This document shows positions 1 to 11,817 of a stretch of 64,000 nt of DNA, piece by piece. The notes under the pieces were generated by a model that saw only the letters and a program-made list of their open reading frames with translations, did not search any database and was not told where the DNA came from. The translations under genes and the position numbers were made by a program. This DNA is from Escherichia coli (GTDB lineage Bacteria > Pseudomonadota > Gammaproteobacteria > Enterobacterales > Enterobacteriaceae), in NCBI RefSeq assembly GCF_017348835.2, contig NZ_CP071375.1; one strand, written 5' to 3'. Within the stretch, counting starts at the first letter, position 1. Each line of letters begins with the position of its first letter.

Positions 1-1047
1 CAGATCACCACCATTGGCCGCAGAGTTGATATCATCAATAGTAAAAGGGCCGGGTGGAACAGTAGTCTGATAAACATCGTATCCGTTCTGTTTTACACTC
101 ACTTGTGCGGTGCCACGGGCAATACCATGAATCACCGGAGCGAAACCATGTTGGCTATCGGGCAACATCGCTTCTGTTGAATTTATTTTGAGGCCACGAA
201 AGTTCACACTATCAAAAATATCGCCATCGGTATAACTATCACCTACCGTTAACCGTGAGCGTAAGGGAATAATGTCACGTTCAGCCGACGTATTGATATG
301 CTGCCATTTATTGCTGTCTGATGAATTGCTACTCCCACTGTTATAACTCCACGTTGAGTTATCGCGCAGTCGCCAACTACCAATGTTGATGCCACTCTGT
401 AAATTCAAATATGCATAGTTGGATTTTCCTGCATTATGGTTACTACGATTATTAATAGAATTACCATTAAAACTATAGTTTAGAAGCCCAGCATTTATTC
501 CTTCTTCCCACAGATCAGGAGAAACATAGCCGCGAGCCATTCTGCCAACATAAATTTGCGGAACGGAGAGTGACAAATGTTGCTGACCAACATCAAACTC
601 AGTTGATGCGTCAGCTAAACGATCCTGAAGTGGTGTGCATGCGCTGTTGTCCGGCACATGTTTTTCTGCTGAATGTTCGTTATTGTCTAATAACGCAGAT
701 TTTTTTATGCCAAGACTGACAAGAAGATCTGTACTTAGGCATGGGATGAGATCTGCGTTATTATCATCTGCAATAAAAGTAATATCCCGACTAGTCATAA
801 ATTCGTCGTTCAAATAAATGTCGACCCGATATGTACCAGGTGGTGCCTCGCGTCCCTTAGTAAAGGCGGATAAATCGACAGATTCAGCAAGATCATTGCT
901 TAAAAACCGTGGATTAAAATAATACTCTGCGTCAACGGGAAATACCGCAGTTGCTAAGCTAAGGGCAATGGTAAGCCGTACAAAGCGAGGCAGTAGTAAC
1001 ACCTGATGCATACGATATGCCTTAAATGCGGCACGAAAGGCTGTCAT
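1..1047 (-). CDS. Fimbrial outer-membrane usher, N-terminal ~349 codons; gene continues beyond window start
   Basis: Minus-strand frame from ATG at 1045-1047 is open to position 1 with no stop (absent from ORF track because it runs off the edge). Sits downstream of pilin and chaperone genes in classic chaperone-usher order. Confidence 0.7.
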   Translation of the reverse strand, partial: MTAFRAAFKAYRMHQVLLLPRFVRLTIALSLATAVFPVDAEYYFNPRFLSNDLAESVDLSAFTKGREAPPGTYRVDIYLNDEFMTSRDITFIADDNNADLIPCLSTDLLVSLGIKKSALLDNNEHSAEKHVPDNSACTPLQDRLADASTEFDVGQQHLSLSVPQIYVGRMARGYVSPDLWEEGINAGLLNYSFNGNSINNRSNHNAGKSNYAYLNLQSGINIGSWRLRDNSTWSYNSGSSNSSDSNKWQHINTSAERDIIPLRSRLTVGDSYTDGDIFDSVNFRGLKINSTEAMLPDSQHGFAPVIHGIARGTAQVSVKQNGYDVYQTTVPPGPFTIDDINSAANGGDL

Positions 1048-1088
1048 TATTAATTCCGATTGAGTTTATTATTAATTAGGTCACTGGC

Positions 1089-1808
1089 TTACTGCATGGT
1101 TGCCTTAATACGCGGAGTTAATGCACCGTAATCATTGATCGTCTGAAAACTGATATCCCCGGTTGCAGCATGCGGGATATCCACCGATACTTCACCTTTT
1201 GGCGGCACCATGGTGTTTGGGAGATTGCTATTTCCTGCTTTCATATTTGTTACGGTAATGAAGTAGGGCGTTGGATTAATAAGGGTGAGTTTGCTACCGC
1301 TGCGACGAAACCGAAGCATTGCAGGCGCTTCTTCAGGTGCCATTGCCAGGTTCGTGGGGCGATAAAACATTTTTATGCGGCTAATAATTGCCAGCTGTAA
1401 TGTATTCTCATTCTTCTGGTCTTTTTCCATAGCAGGAATAGCTTTAACATTCACCCAGAACAGGCTTTCACGGTCGCCTGGTAACTGATGATTAGTGGCA
1501 TTGATTATCCGCAGCGTATTCTCTTTTTTACCTTGCATGGAAAAAAGCGGTGGGGTAATGACAAACTGGGTGTCTTTTTGGTCACCTGCATTTTCTATCC
1601 ATGACTGAATGAGATAGACACTGGCAGGATCATTATTCGTGACAGGCAATAAAACCTGTTTCTGGTTTGCCGGATAAATTACCCGCGTCGCACCCAGTGC
1701 GACAGCTGCGTTGGCAACGGTGCTATGGCAAGCAAAGAGCAATAAAAGTAACACTGTCGCCATAAAGGAAATAGAGTAGGGGGTACGCGTAGTTTGCATC
1801 TGATGCAT
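1089..1808 (-). CDS. Periplasmic fimbrial chaperone (FimC/PapD-like)
   Basis: 239-aa ORF with N-terminal signal peptide (hydrophobic run ending in ANA) and chaperone-like sequence; lies between pilin and usher. Confidence 0.8.
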   Translation of the reverse strand: MHQMQTTRTPYSISFMATVLLLLLFACHSTVANAAVALGATRVIYPANQKQVLLPVTNNDPASVYLIQSWIENAGDQKDTQFVITPPLFSMQGKKENTLRIINATNHQLPGDRESLFWVNVKAIPAMEKDQKNENTLQLAIISRIKMFYRPTNLAMAPEEAPAMLRFRRSGSKLTLINPTPYFITVTNMKAGNSNLPNTMVPPKGEVSVDIPHAATGDISFQTINDYGALTPRIKATMQ

Positions 1809-2159
1809 TCTCCATGTGTTAAGAGGATAAGCGGGAAAACCGTTACATCAGACAATCGATAAATGTTGCTAATACATTGGCGAGTCGCCGGGTTTCCAGA
1901 CTTAATGCGTTTGTAATAAATGTTGGTTCTCTTTTAATAGGAAAACCTTGCTACAAAGTAAATATTTTAAATAACAGTAAGTTTAACTACTGTTGTTTAT
2001 TGATAGTTTAGATATTATGTGATTTTTCATAGCGCTCCAAATACAAACCACTCCTCATTAATAATGAGATTCACATTGGTGAATTGCTCGGGTGTGCGTA
2101 GCCATGCCACACACACCCTGTTTCAATTTCAGATGACGTATAGCCACCTTAAGATTGAA

Positions 2160-2723
2160 TTATAGATATTGAACCTTGAAGGTCGCATCTGCGTTTGCAG
2201 TACCAGCTACGGACTGCCCGAGTGCAATATAACGAGCCTGGAACGGCAGTATATTCGTGCCATCAATCAAGTCAGTTTTAGCGCTAAAAGTGGCACCATC
2301 AAGTATTAATACCTCACCCGTACGGTCCAAAATTTGGATACCGACATTTTGGGCAGAGCCTGCCGCTGAACTCTGCAGCGCTAACGTATCGTCATTACTG
2401 GTGACAGTAGTACCCAGGAATGCAACAGCTGCATTACTGGAAACATTGGTATCACAATCATTCAGCTTGATATTGAAGCCAACGGCGGAGCTGAGGTCAC
2501 CCGCTTTAGCCAGGCGAGAAGAACGAACCTGACCCAGCTCAACCGTTTGGTTCATTGATTCTGAATCAATCGCACAAGCGGCATTTACCACTTCACCTTT
2601 AAAATGAATAACACCGCCATTAACAGTGGTCGTTACTGATTCATCACCCTCGCCTGCGCTTACCGCAGCAGACGACATCGCCAACACAGAAACGACAATC
2701 ATACCAACATGTTTGAGTTTCAT
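2160..2723 (-). CDS. Major fimbrial subunit (FimA-like pilin)
   Basis: ORF with signal peptide [23 protein letters not shown], Cys pair and C-terminal FKVQYL pilin motif; GGAG ribosome-binding site upstream of ATG at 2723. Confidence 0.8.
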   Translation of the reverse strand: MKLKHVGMIVVSVLAMSSAAVSAGEGDESVTTTVNGGVIHFKGEVVNAACAIDSESMNQTVELGQVRSSRLAKAGDLSSAVGFNIKLNDCDTNVSSNAAVAFLGTTVTSNDDTLALQSSAAGSAQNVGIQILDRTGEVLILDGATFSAKTDLIDGTNILPFQARYIALGQSVAGTANADATFKVQYL

Positions 2724-3156
2724 AATTCTCCAAAATTTATATTTAAGTAGCTGAATAAAGAGAGTTAACAATTAAGTCATTCTGTTATTGCTTATAAAAC
2801 AAGAATCATTCTTGATTGGTTGTTGCCCTGAGAATATAGTTTCCAGGATTATTACATTTCACGAAGAACGAGAATATCTTTAAATCACAAGGACACCTAA
2901 TCACAACAAGTTTATTGCTGCACTTGTTGAAGAGAGTATTTGCAAAAATATTTTATGTCGCTAAATAACATAACGATTTCATTATGCATGTTATTTATAA
3001 ACCGTGACTAAACAGAATATTATTGCGAACAAGGGAAGTGTCAGGAAAGGTCAAGGGCTACTAATGGTTTATATGGCTATAAATCATTAGCTATAGTTAA
3101 TGTTTGCCTGGTGTAACTAACACCGAATTGCTCTAAACAGATAAGTGCAGGGTTTA

Positions 3157-3411
3157 TTAAAGCTGACCGACAGACTTTCTTAACCTGGTAATATCTCTCT
3201 TAGGTGACTCTCCAAACATCTGCAAATATTCCCGGCGGAAATGGGATAAGCTTTCGTAACCGACAGCATAGGCTGCTGTGGTGACATCGTAATGTTCATT
3301 CAGCATCGTTCGCCTGACTTCATTGAGACGTAGCCATTTCTGATACCGGAGTGGACTCATTCCCGCAAGCTGCCTGAAGTGTTGATGGAAAGAGGGCGTG
3401 CTCATTTGCAC
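3157..3411 (-). pseudogene. yneL: AraC-family regulator fragment (C-terminal HTH only), yneL-like
   Basis: 84-aa ORF carries only the second AraC helix-turn-helix; the overlapping 3320..3577 ORF in another frame does not look like HTH1, so the gene appears truncated or frameshifted. Confidence 0.45.
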
Positions 3412-4117
3412 GCGGTTTGCCAGCTTGAGTCTTCAACGCTGGGAAGATGCGGCAAACGGCAAATCGGCATACCAGCCAGCCTATATCCGTCATGCACAGG
3501 CCAATTATGAAAGAGGAGAGGCTTAAGTTCTGGAACCCTGAACGAATAACGAGCACCGGAAAATCACTTCGTATCACTCAGATGCTATTTAACATAATAT
3601 ACATTATGCGCACCAATATAAACCAAGGGAGAATCTAGTCGTTGGCGGTCATGATTGTCCTGCTCATTAACAACGACCAAACCCCATATCTTACTCTTAC
3701 TTAATACCGTATTCCCGGCTTAACCGACCGTGCAACCTCAACACATTGGTTTCAACTGCCGTCACCACGTTCTCTGGAAAATCTGTCGGTAATGAAGTCT
3801 TCACGTTATCCAGTGCTGCCGGAATCATTCTGGCAAAGTCACTCAGGATTTCATGCATCTGCACTTCCGGGAATCTCAGCACCTTTGCTGTCGCCAAAAA
3901 ATGTCGCGGATAAATTTTATCGATTGCCGTTTTTTTGCCTTTGGATGCGTTAAGCCCCATTGCCAGTTTGAGATCGCTGATGTGTATTCCCGCGCCACCC
4001 AATACCGGAAATGCTGAAATGATGTCGTAAAATGGCGTGAGTCGATAACTGCCGCCAGCCTGAATAAATACGGAGAAGTTTTTTGCATGGCCATCCGTTG
4101 CGCCAATCAGTTCGCTG

Positions 4118-4547
4118 CATACCGGTCCGACCCCGTACTGCTCACGCAGCTTATCCAGCAGTGGCATTATTTTTTCCAGAGGCGGTCGAACTCCGCCTTC
4201 GCAAAATAAGCGGAAGCCTGGCGAAGGATATCGTTACTGCGGCGCAGTTCACGATTTTCACGTTCCAGCTCTTTCAGACGCTGACGTTCAGCGGTGGTGA
4301 GTCCACCATCACCACTCCCGGTATCCCGCTCATGCTGGCGAACCCAGACACGCAGAGTCTCCGGCGTACAGCCAATCTTTGGGGCAATGGAACAAATTGC
4401 CGCCCACTGTGAGTCATATTCATCCTGACTTTCCAGAACCATACGAATCGCCCGCTGACGGACTTCGGGGGAAAAACGAGTATTTTTAGTCATCCTGTTT
4501 ACCTCTTTCTCAGGGAGTTTAGTCTCCAGGATTTCCGGGGCGGTTCA
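4118..4547 (-). mobile_element. Truncated IS3-family element (IS629/IS1203-like): terminal repeat, complete orfA, first ~20 codons of orfB
   Basis: Bases 4118..4547 match the full copy at 56514..57823 (same end sequence, ending ggggcggttca); identity stops at 4118 inside orfB. Confidence 0.8.
4167..4493 (-). CDS. IS629-like transposase OrfA
   Basis: 108-aa ORF ([19 protein letters not shown]...), identical to the orfA at 57443..57769. Confidence 0.85.
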   Translation of the reverse strand: MTKNTRFSPEVRQRAIRMVLESQDEYDSQWAAICSIAPKIGCTPETLRVWVRQHERDTGSGDGGLTTAERQRLKELERENRELRRSNDILRQASAYFAKAEFDRLWKK

Positions 4548-4841
4548 CAACGCTGTCTCGCCCTATTTCTGACAATAAATCAAACGGTTGTCTGGATTTG
4601 GCATGATAACGTTTAACGATCCGGTCACGTACAATCGGGCTATCGGGTAACAAGTTATCGAAGAAGTTAAATACGGCATCAGAGGTGATATTCCCCCTCT
4701 GCAATGGCAGCGAAAGTGACAACGGTCTGGCATAACGGCTGGCTAACCACTCCGGTGCATACTTAAAGGTGTGCGCGCCGTTGGCTAACTTCGTTAACTC
4801 GCCTACCCGCTGGTTGTTCATCCAAGTGACTAGTTTGGGCA

Positions 4842-5108
4842 TTACCACTCCAGATCTTGCTGTTCTGTTGATTCTGGCGAGGCATTTTTCGTGTCGCATA
4901 GCGTCATTGAGAGTTCAAGCGACTGTAAAATCTTAAAAAATGTCGTGAGCGAGGTATTGTCAGGGTTGTTTTCGAAATTGGAAATCGTCGCCTGCTTAAT
5001 GCCGATTTTTTTCGCCAGCTCGCTCTGCGTCCAGCCATTTTGCTGGCGAACCAGTTTCATTGCATTCGCTAATTGCGTTGGGCTATAGATCTTCTGAAAG
5101 CTCATCAT
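4842..5108 (-). CDS. hipB: HipB antitoxin / transcriptional repressor
   Basis: ORF matches HipB (MMSFQKIYSPTQLANAMKLVRQQNGWTQSELAKKIG...); stop overlaps the hipA start by 1 nt as in the known operon. Confidence 0.9.
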   Translation of the reverse strand: MMSFQKIYSPTQLANAMKLVRQQNGWTQSELAKKIGIKQATISNFENNPDNTSLTTFFKILQSLELSMTLCDTKNASPESTEQQDLEW

Positions 5109-5129
5109 GTCATACGTCCACAGCAAATT

Positions 5130-5243
5130 TATCCGCTTAAGGGGATATTATCAGTTTTATCCTTTAGTGAGGATAAAGTCAATCTGGAAACACATCTTAT
5201 CCGCTCTACGGGATAAACGCTGCGATATCCGCGATCGCGGATA
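5130..5243. promoter_or_regulatory. hipBA operator region: four TATCC-N8-GGATA HipB operators
   Basis: TATCC-N8-GGATA palindromes seen at 5130-5147, 5158-5175, 5198-5215 and 5226-5243, directly upstream of hipB. Confidence 0.8.
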
Positions 5244-5318
5244 AAAGGGAGGCTTTAAAAGCCGTTTGAAGTCGGCAATATTAAGCCGCATGCCATCTCG
5301 ACATGCGGCTTATACGGT

Positions 5319-8300
5319 TTACCAGCTATATTTCACTCCCAGCATGCCCTGAGTATCGCTATAGCCTTTATCACCTAGTTGCACACCGACATTCCCCCAC
5401 AGGCTAAGGTTGTTATTTACTTTCGCCTCAACCCCGGTACGTACTTCACCGAGATTACGCGCACCATCACGGCTTACGGTTTGACCATTCATCTTCACGG
5501 CGTAGACTTCGCTATTGTTGATCCAGTTCGCTTCAATGTAAGGCTGGAACTCACGCTGTTTACCATCGTCACGCTGGTGATGGCTATTCAGGTAGGTTTT
5601 CACCCCAAGTCGCGTTTGCACGTTTCCGTCGCCTTCCGTTTCAATGCGCGTTCCGTCTTTCCGGGTATGGTCAGAATCTTTCACACCCATCCAGGTGATT
5701 TGTACCTGTGGCTGGACGTACCAGGTATTCAGCGTCCCTTCGCTGCCACTAAATGTTCCCGCTTCAAAGGTATACCCACCCTCAACAGAGGCCGTCACAC
5801 CGCGAGAATCATAGTCGTCAGCAGAACGGTTATCGGAACTGACACTGTTATCAAACCAGTTATACAGCACCCAACTGTCAACATAAGCGCCGGTCTTATT
5901 CGCATCGTTCTGATACCAGGTCGCGTACAGCCCAGCGCTGTAACCGCTGATGCGCCCATCCGATTTATAACCCACACGATTACTCTGAGTATTACTGTGC
6001 TGATTGGCGTAGCCTGCCATCACGCCAAGATGCCAGCGATCCTGCGCGTTGCTACTCCACTGCGCCAAATCGCCGCCTAGCTGCAATACATAGCGGTTAG
6101 CCTGAGCATTTAGCTGGCCGTCACCGGTCCTGAAACGTTCGTGTCCCCCGACATGACGCATCCACATACTGCTTGCCGAACCCTGAGAAAGCCGTGAATC
6201 TGTATACTGCGGCTCACCCAGACGGTCGTGTAAGCGATGGCTAAACAGCGAGTTGGCTGCGGCAATGTTGCTGATATAGCTTCCGGCCTCCGGGCGATAA
6301 ACTGATGGGCCTTCCGGATCCACAACAGGGGGATTATTGATGGGATCGGGTGTATCCGCTGGCGTTACGCCGTCCCATTTACTGGTCAGATACCAGTTTT
6401 TCTCGTCATTCCCCTTCCCTTTAGCCAGCGTGTAGACGTAAGCCCCAGCTTCGACAGTTCCGGTGGTCAGCGCGAAGTTACCTGCAGAATTACCGCCAAC
6501 CTCAATGAGTTCAATACCGTTGACCGTTTGCGCACCGACGCCGCCAATGTTATCAACCCGAACGCGAGTGTTCCCTTGGGTATCGCCTTTCACGTTCATC
6601 TTATCGGTGGGTGAATTATCGCCGCCCAGCGTCGCGTTGAACGTTATCAGGCCATTGTTTCCGGTATAGTTGCCGTTAACGGTCAGTACATTCCCCGGTT
6701 TTCCTCCTTCACTGTTCATTTGAACCGTGCCGCCATTCTTCAGGTTGCCGCCGATTGTGGTTTTAGCGACACGCAGTGTCCCCCCAGACATAACGTTCAC
6801 ATCACCTGCAGTGGTGACATTTCCCGACATCACACCGCTGTTATGGATATTAATGTGTTGACTTACCGTATTAATGGCAGAGTCGGAACCGAAAGCAATT
6901 TCCCCCCCCCCACGATATCCGTCGTACCCTGATACGCCGAGGAATCGTTGTTAAGAGTCAGGATCCCGGTACCCAGTTTTGTCAAATCACCGCTACCGCT
7001 GATACTGTGCGTCATCGCCCAGCTACGCTCAGTGGAGATGGTGAGCAGGCCATTATTGATAACGGAAGCATCACCCAGGTTTTTCTGCTCGTTGACGCTG
7101 AGCGCGCTGCCTGTATCAATGTTGAATTGCCCCACAAAGCGGCTATTATCGCCATCCAGCTCTACATCTGTCCTGGCGGTTGCGCTCACGATACCCTTCC
7201 CGCTTATGCTATTACGCAGTTCGCCAGTCACGTTTTTTAGCGTTAACAGACCGTCATTGGCAATATTTCCTCTGCCTAACCCCTGCGTATTATCGAGGCT
7301 GACTTCCGCATTTGGGCTAACGCTGGTTAACGCATTGTAGCGTGCATTAAGCCCCTCAATAGCCAGCGTTCCCCCTGTAACATTCAGGTTTCCGCCACCT
7401 GTCAGTTCACCCTGACTGATCCCACCTTTGGACACCGTGGGAACCGTCCTGAACGCCCACCAATGAATATTCTTTGTTATTAATCAGTCCATTATTGGAA
7501 ATATTGACTTTGCCATTACCGAAATATCCATTATAGAGTCTGCGTACCGTGATGACAGAGTCTTGATCCTGCACATTCAGGGTTCCGACACCGGTGGCAT
7601 TGCCACCGATAATCGTATTTTCAGCCGTAATCAGTCCACCCTCGCGAATAGTCGCCTCCCCAGTTCCTTGATTACCAATTTGAAATTCAATTGAGGAATC
7701 GTTATTTTTCATTAGCCACTCGCCACCCTTTTCAACGACAACCTGGCCATTACTGCCCGCCTGATAGCCTAAAATGGCGACGATTGAACTCGTGACGTAA
7801 CCCTTATCCGTAATATTTAATGAGCCTGTACCGTAACTCCCTATTTCGAATAATTCGGTCGTCAAAACCGAGTCCTCTCCCTCAACATTAACCGTCCCGA
7901 CGCCTGCAGCTTGAGTACCTAATCTTAAATAGCCTCCATCGACGTGACCCTTCTGTTTAATATTCAGCGTCCCCGTTCCGGATTGACCCACATTTAAAGG
8001 CCTTGCATTATTTCCGCTATCATACAATCGCCAGGTGCCACCCAAAACATTAACGGTACCCTCCGAATCCTCATTACCGCCAATGACGCTGGTAGTAATA
8101 GTGGTTAAGGAGGCATTACCGCCAGCCAAAATATTAAGCACTCCAGTGCCATACCAGCCAACCAGGTAGGCATCATAAGCAACATCAGTATCAATATTGG
8201 TAATCTGACCATTATCAACTTCCAGACTCGCACCAGACGCTGAACCGCTTAGTGCCAGCAAAACACCCAGCGTCAATCTACTGAATTTCGTTGTCAGTCC

Positions 8301-8414
8301 AGAGGATTTACGCAAATTAACCGTCGATGTTTTACCTGCCCTGCGAGTTAATTCCGAGCAGGCCTGAAATACCTGTAGAGTGCAATTCCATATCACGCGA
8401 TAGATTCTATTCAT
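5319..8414 (-). pseudogene. yneO: AIDA/Ag43-type autotransporter adhesin, frameshifted into three ORFs (yneO-like)
   Basis: ORF 7407..8414 has an extended autotransporter signal peptide (MNRIYRVIWN...), ORF 6863..7435 a Gly/Thr-rich passenger, ORF 5319..6833 a beta-barrel ending in a W terminal residue; all three are in different frames. Confidence 0.8.
6902..6911. repeat. Homopolymeric tract, 10 x C on + strand (G10 on coding strand) at the frame break inside the autotransporter
   Basis: tcccccccccca read directly; both flanking reading frames are open across the tract. Confidence 0.9.
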
Positions 8415-8944
8415 ATAAACGCTCCATATACAAACAATACAGCCACGAAAGAGATGAGTCGTCAGACATTAAAAATGAAACTTATTAAATTGTCAGAGGT
8501 CTGTATTGAGTGTTAGTTGGAGGTGCGAAGGTGTCAATTTGGCTAATTTGCTAATGCTTTCGAATTGATAGATTAAAAATTGCATAGTTCTTATTTTATT
8601 TAAAAATGAACTATGAGTTATTGTTGCTTAATAAGAAAACTGTTTCTTTCAATAGGAAAATTATCATCATCATATTTAACAAAGAATAGCACTAATTGCT
8701 AAAAATCGAAGTTTATTAAACCCCTTTTGCATCCATTAATGTCTTTAGGAATATTCGCTATAAAATAAGGGTTATGCTTAATGCTTTAAGAAAAATAGCA
8801 ATTTTCCCTTGAATATAGTACTGGTGATGGAACGATGAATCTGCAAGCTGGCATTTAACAAGCCAGCTCTAAAAGAAGGGAAATAAGAAAAACTATACTC
8901 AAAAACTAACAGCCACGGTCATCATGATGTGGCTGTCAATGAAA

Positions 8945-10537
8945 CTATAACCCAGGCGCTTTCCATAACGACGTCGTCAGTCCATGATCAACCAGCCCCA
9001 ACTGATCCTGATAAACTGCCTGCCACTTATCGCGTGAATCCTGATAAAGTTCATGCTTTTCCGGGTCTGGTGTGTGCGTCCGTTCCCAGCGAACCAGGCG
9101 TTCTCCGGTTTCTGCCATTGATGAAAAAATTCCGGCACCGACGCCAGCTGCAATGGCACATCCTAATGCAGTGGCTTCTTTGACCACCGGAATATTGACG
9201 GGTAATCCCGAGACATCAGCGAGAATTTGACTCCATAATTTCCCTTTTGAACCTCCGCCAGCAAAAACCAGCGAGGTGGGATGAATATTCGAGAAATCAG
9301 CAATTTGCTGCAAGTTACACGCTGATACAATCGCCGCATTTTCTTCCAGCGCACGGAACAATGTCGCTTTGTTACATTTATCCGGGTCAATGGACAAGTT
9401 AATAAAGGAAGGTGCGGCGTGATACCAGGTTTTAAAGCGCATTCTGTCGGAGAATATCGGCATTACGCCCCACGACCCAGGCGGCACCCGACTGGCCATC
9501 TCTTCCAGCAGCGTATAGGTGTCGATGCCTAAACGTTCGGCAATCAGTTTTTCTTCGGCACAGAAAGCATCGCGGAACCAGCGCATGGTGAATCCGGTAA
9601 AAAAGCTTATAGATTCAGCTTGTACCATGCCAGGAATAACATGAGGATTAACGCGCACGTTCATTTCTGGGTCTGTCACCGGCGCGGCTAAATTTACAAC
9701 TTGCTGCCAGAATGTGCCGCCAAGAACCGCGGTTTGTGCCGGACGCACAACGCCTAACCCCAGGCAACCAAGCTGCACGTCGCCTCCTCCAACGACCACC
9801 GGAGTGCCCACCTTCAGACCGCAGAGTTCCGCCGCTTGTGAACTTACCACGCCCAGCAATGTGCCGGTTTCTTTGACAGGAGAAAGAATATCGGCACGCA
9901 GGCCAGCCATATCCAGCAATGCAGGTTTCCAGTCACGGATGGTTAGATCAAGAAGTCCCGTGGTGCCAGCGTTAGAGGGATCCACCGCAAGTTCGCCGCT
10001 GAGCATATAGGCCAGCCAGTCGCTGATCATGGTGATGGTTGATGCCTGACGGTAAATATCGGAACGATGGTGCGCCAGCCAAAGTAATCTGGGGATGGCA
10101 CTTAAAGCCAGTGTTTGTCCGGTCGCGCGATAAACTTCGTTTTCAAAGGTATTGTTGTGCAGTTCTTTAAGTTCGCTAACTTCACGCGCCGCTCTGGCAT
10201 CCACATTGGCGCAGGCCCAGATCGGTGTTCCTTCATTGTTATATAAAACAATGCCTTCACGCATCGAACATGCCGAAACGGCAGCGATATACTCCGGGGC
10301 TATGCCGGCGTTGTGCAACGCCTGGCGCATACACTCACACGCCAGTTGCCAGTTTTTGTTGAGATCAAATTCCATAGAACCAGGAACGTCCGGTACTGCC
10401 AGATGCCGCCACTCCGCCTGTCCCACTGCTATTTGATTGCCTTCCAGGTCGAATATCACAGCCCGAATACTTCCGGTGCCTGCATCCAGCGCCATCAGGT
10501 AGTACTTTGATTCTGAAGGGGTAAAGAGTCGAACCAT
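8945..10537 (-). CDS. lsrK: Autoinducer-2 kinase
   Basis: 530-aa FGGY carbohydrate kinase ORF; divergent from lsrACDBFG with lsrR between. Confidence 0.9.
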   Translation of the reverse strand: MVRLFTPSESKYYLMALDAGTGSIRAVIFDLEGNQIAVGQAEWRHLAVPDVPGSMEFDLNKNWQLACECMRQALHNAGIAPEYIAAVSACSMREGIVLYNNEGTPIWACANVDARAAREVSELKELHNNTFENEVYRATGQTLALSAIPRLLWLAHHRSDIYRQASTITMISDWLAYMLSGELAVDPSNAGTTGLLDLTIRDWKPALLDMAGLRADILSPVKETGTLLGVVSSQAAELCGLKVGTPVVVGGGDVQLGCLGLGVVRPAQTAVLGGTFWQQVVNLAAPVTDPEMNVRVNPHVIPGMVQAESISFFTGFTMRWFRDAFCAEEKLIAERLGIDTYTLLEEMASRVPPGSWGVMPIFSDRMRFKTWYHAAPSFINLSIDPDKCNKATLFRALEENAAIVSACNLQQIADFSNIHPTSLVFAGGGSKGKLWSQILADVSGLPVNIPVVKEATALGCAIAAGVGAGIFSSMAETGERLVRWERTHTPDPEKHELYQDSRDKWQAVYQDQLGLVDHGLTTSLWKAPGL

Positions 10538-10615
10538 TAGATTATCCTCGGCTTATGCGTTCTGTCTGTTCCTCTATACGTTCTCCATCATTCCCGGTAA
10601 TAAGGTCATGCAAAT

Positions 10616-11569
10616 TTAACTACGTAAAATCGCCGCTGCTGTGTCCTGATCGGTAACCAGTGCGTTGATATAACCGCCTTTCATTGCAGCGGCAATTGCT
10701 TCGGCTTTATTTTCTCCCCCTGCCACGCCAACCCGGACGGGTATGGTCTTCAGCGCGCTTAAAGGTAAGCCAATCAGTTCGTTATGTATTTTGATATCCG
10801 TGACAACGTCACCTTTTGCATCAAAAAAGTAGCCTAAAATGTCGCCAACCGCCCCTTTTCGGCCAATCATTAACTGTTCGCCCTGGCTGATATAACCGGA
10901 GCGAATGATTGTCGCGTCGTCTTGTTGACTCACGGCCCCAATGCCGACAATCGCCACATCCGCTGCTTGCGCGGCTAGCAGAACATCTTTGACGCAATTT
11001 TCATTTTTTAGCGTACGGGCAATGTCAGCGGAGGATGCCCGCAACGGAGCCGGAATAATATTCACACTGCACGCCGCGTTAAGCTGCCCGATACCCGTCA
11101 TATAAGAACCGACGCCACCGGAGAGCGTGACCAGGCGAATTTGCTGTGACGAAATAAAACCACTTAAGCGTTGCAGCGTATTCATGGTTGCCTCGCCAAA
11201 ACCAATCGCCAGCATCTGTTGTGGTTGAAGTAAACTCATCAACATATGCGCCGCGCCTATCCCCAGTCGCCCGCCGACATCAGCATCCGCAAGCCCAGGG
11301 ATCACCCGGACATGTTGCAGCGAAAACTGACGACGTAAGTGAGTTTCATATTCCAGACAGCCTTCAAAGCGAGAATTAATCTGTACGCGAATAATGCCGG
11401 ACTGATGCCCTTTCTCCAGTAATCGCGACACTTTCAAACGTGTCAGGCCGAGACGATCGCTGATCTCGCTCTGGGTCAGCCCGTCGTGGTAGTAAAACCA
11501 CGCGATCCGCGCGACCTGTTCTTCTTCACACATTCCCTGTTCTGAAATTGCCGAATCGTTGATTGTCAT
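10616..11569 (-). CDS. lsrR: lsr operon repressor (SorC family)
   Basis: 317-aa ORF with N-terminal HTH and sugar-binding domain; position in lsr locus. Confidence 0.9.
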   Translation of the reverse strand: MTINDSAISEQGMCEEEQVARIAWFYYHDGLTQSEISDRLGLTRLKVSRLLEKGHQSGIIRVQINSRFEGCLEYETHLRRQFSLQHVRVIPGLADADVGGRLGIGAAHMLMSLLQPQQMLAIGFGEATMNTLQRLSGFISSQQIRLVTLSGGVGSYMTGIGQLNAACSVNIIPAPLRASSADIARTLKNENCVKDVLLAAQAADVAIVGIGAVSQQDDATIIRSGYISQGEQLMIGRKGAVGDILGYFFDAKGDVVTDIKIHNELIGLPLSALKTIPVRVGVAGGENKAEAIAAAMKGGYINALVTDQDTAAAILRS

Positions 11570-11817
11570 AATTCATTCTTCACTTTGAACATATTTAAAT
11601 CTTTAATGCAATTGTTCAGTTCTTGCGCATTTATATCTGTGATGGCAACCACAGTTTGACTCTACGAGCATGAACAAACGCAACCGTGAAAATCAAAATA
11701 GCATAAATTGTGATCTATTCGTCGGAAATATGTGCAATGCCCACCTAAGGTTATGAACAAATTAAAAGCAGAAATACATTTGTTCAAAACTCACCTGCAA
11801 AACTGAACGGGGGAAAT
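11570..11817. promoter_or_regulatory. Divergent lsrR / lsrA promoter region
   Basis: 248-bp AT-rich intergenic region between divergent lsrR and lsrA; individual binding sites not resolved by eye. Confidence 0.4.

Larger units (their letters stand above)
3697..4842 (-). pseudogene. hipA: hipA toxin kinase gene disrupted by a truncated IS629-like element (5' part 4548..4842, 3' part 3697..4117)
   Basis: ORF 4519..4899 encodes HipA N-terminus (MPKLVTWMNNQRVGEL...) to about residue 97, then reads into the IS inverted repeat. ORF 3697..4167 begins with 20 IS orfB residues fused to the HipA C-terminus (GATDGHAKNF... to end). Confidence 0.85.

Noticed and set aside
3412-3696. Possible upstream part of the AraC-like regulator
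   Set aside because: The overlapping ORF does not look like an AraC HTH and no continuous frame was found; left as an unresolved fragment.
5379-6080. 233-aa plus-strand ORF inside the autotransporter barrel region
   Set aside because: Antisense to clear autotransporter sequence; no ribosome-binding site or recognisable domain.
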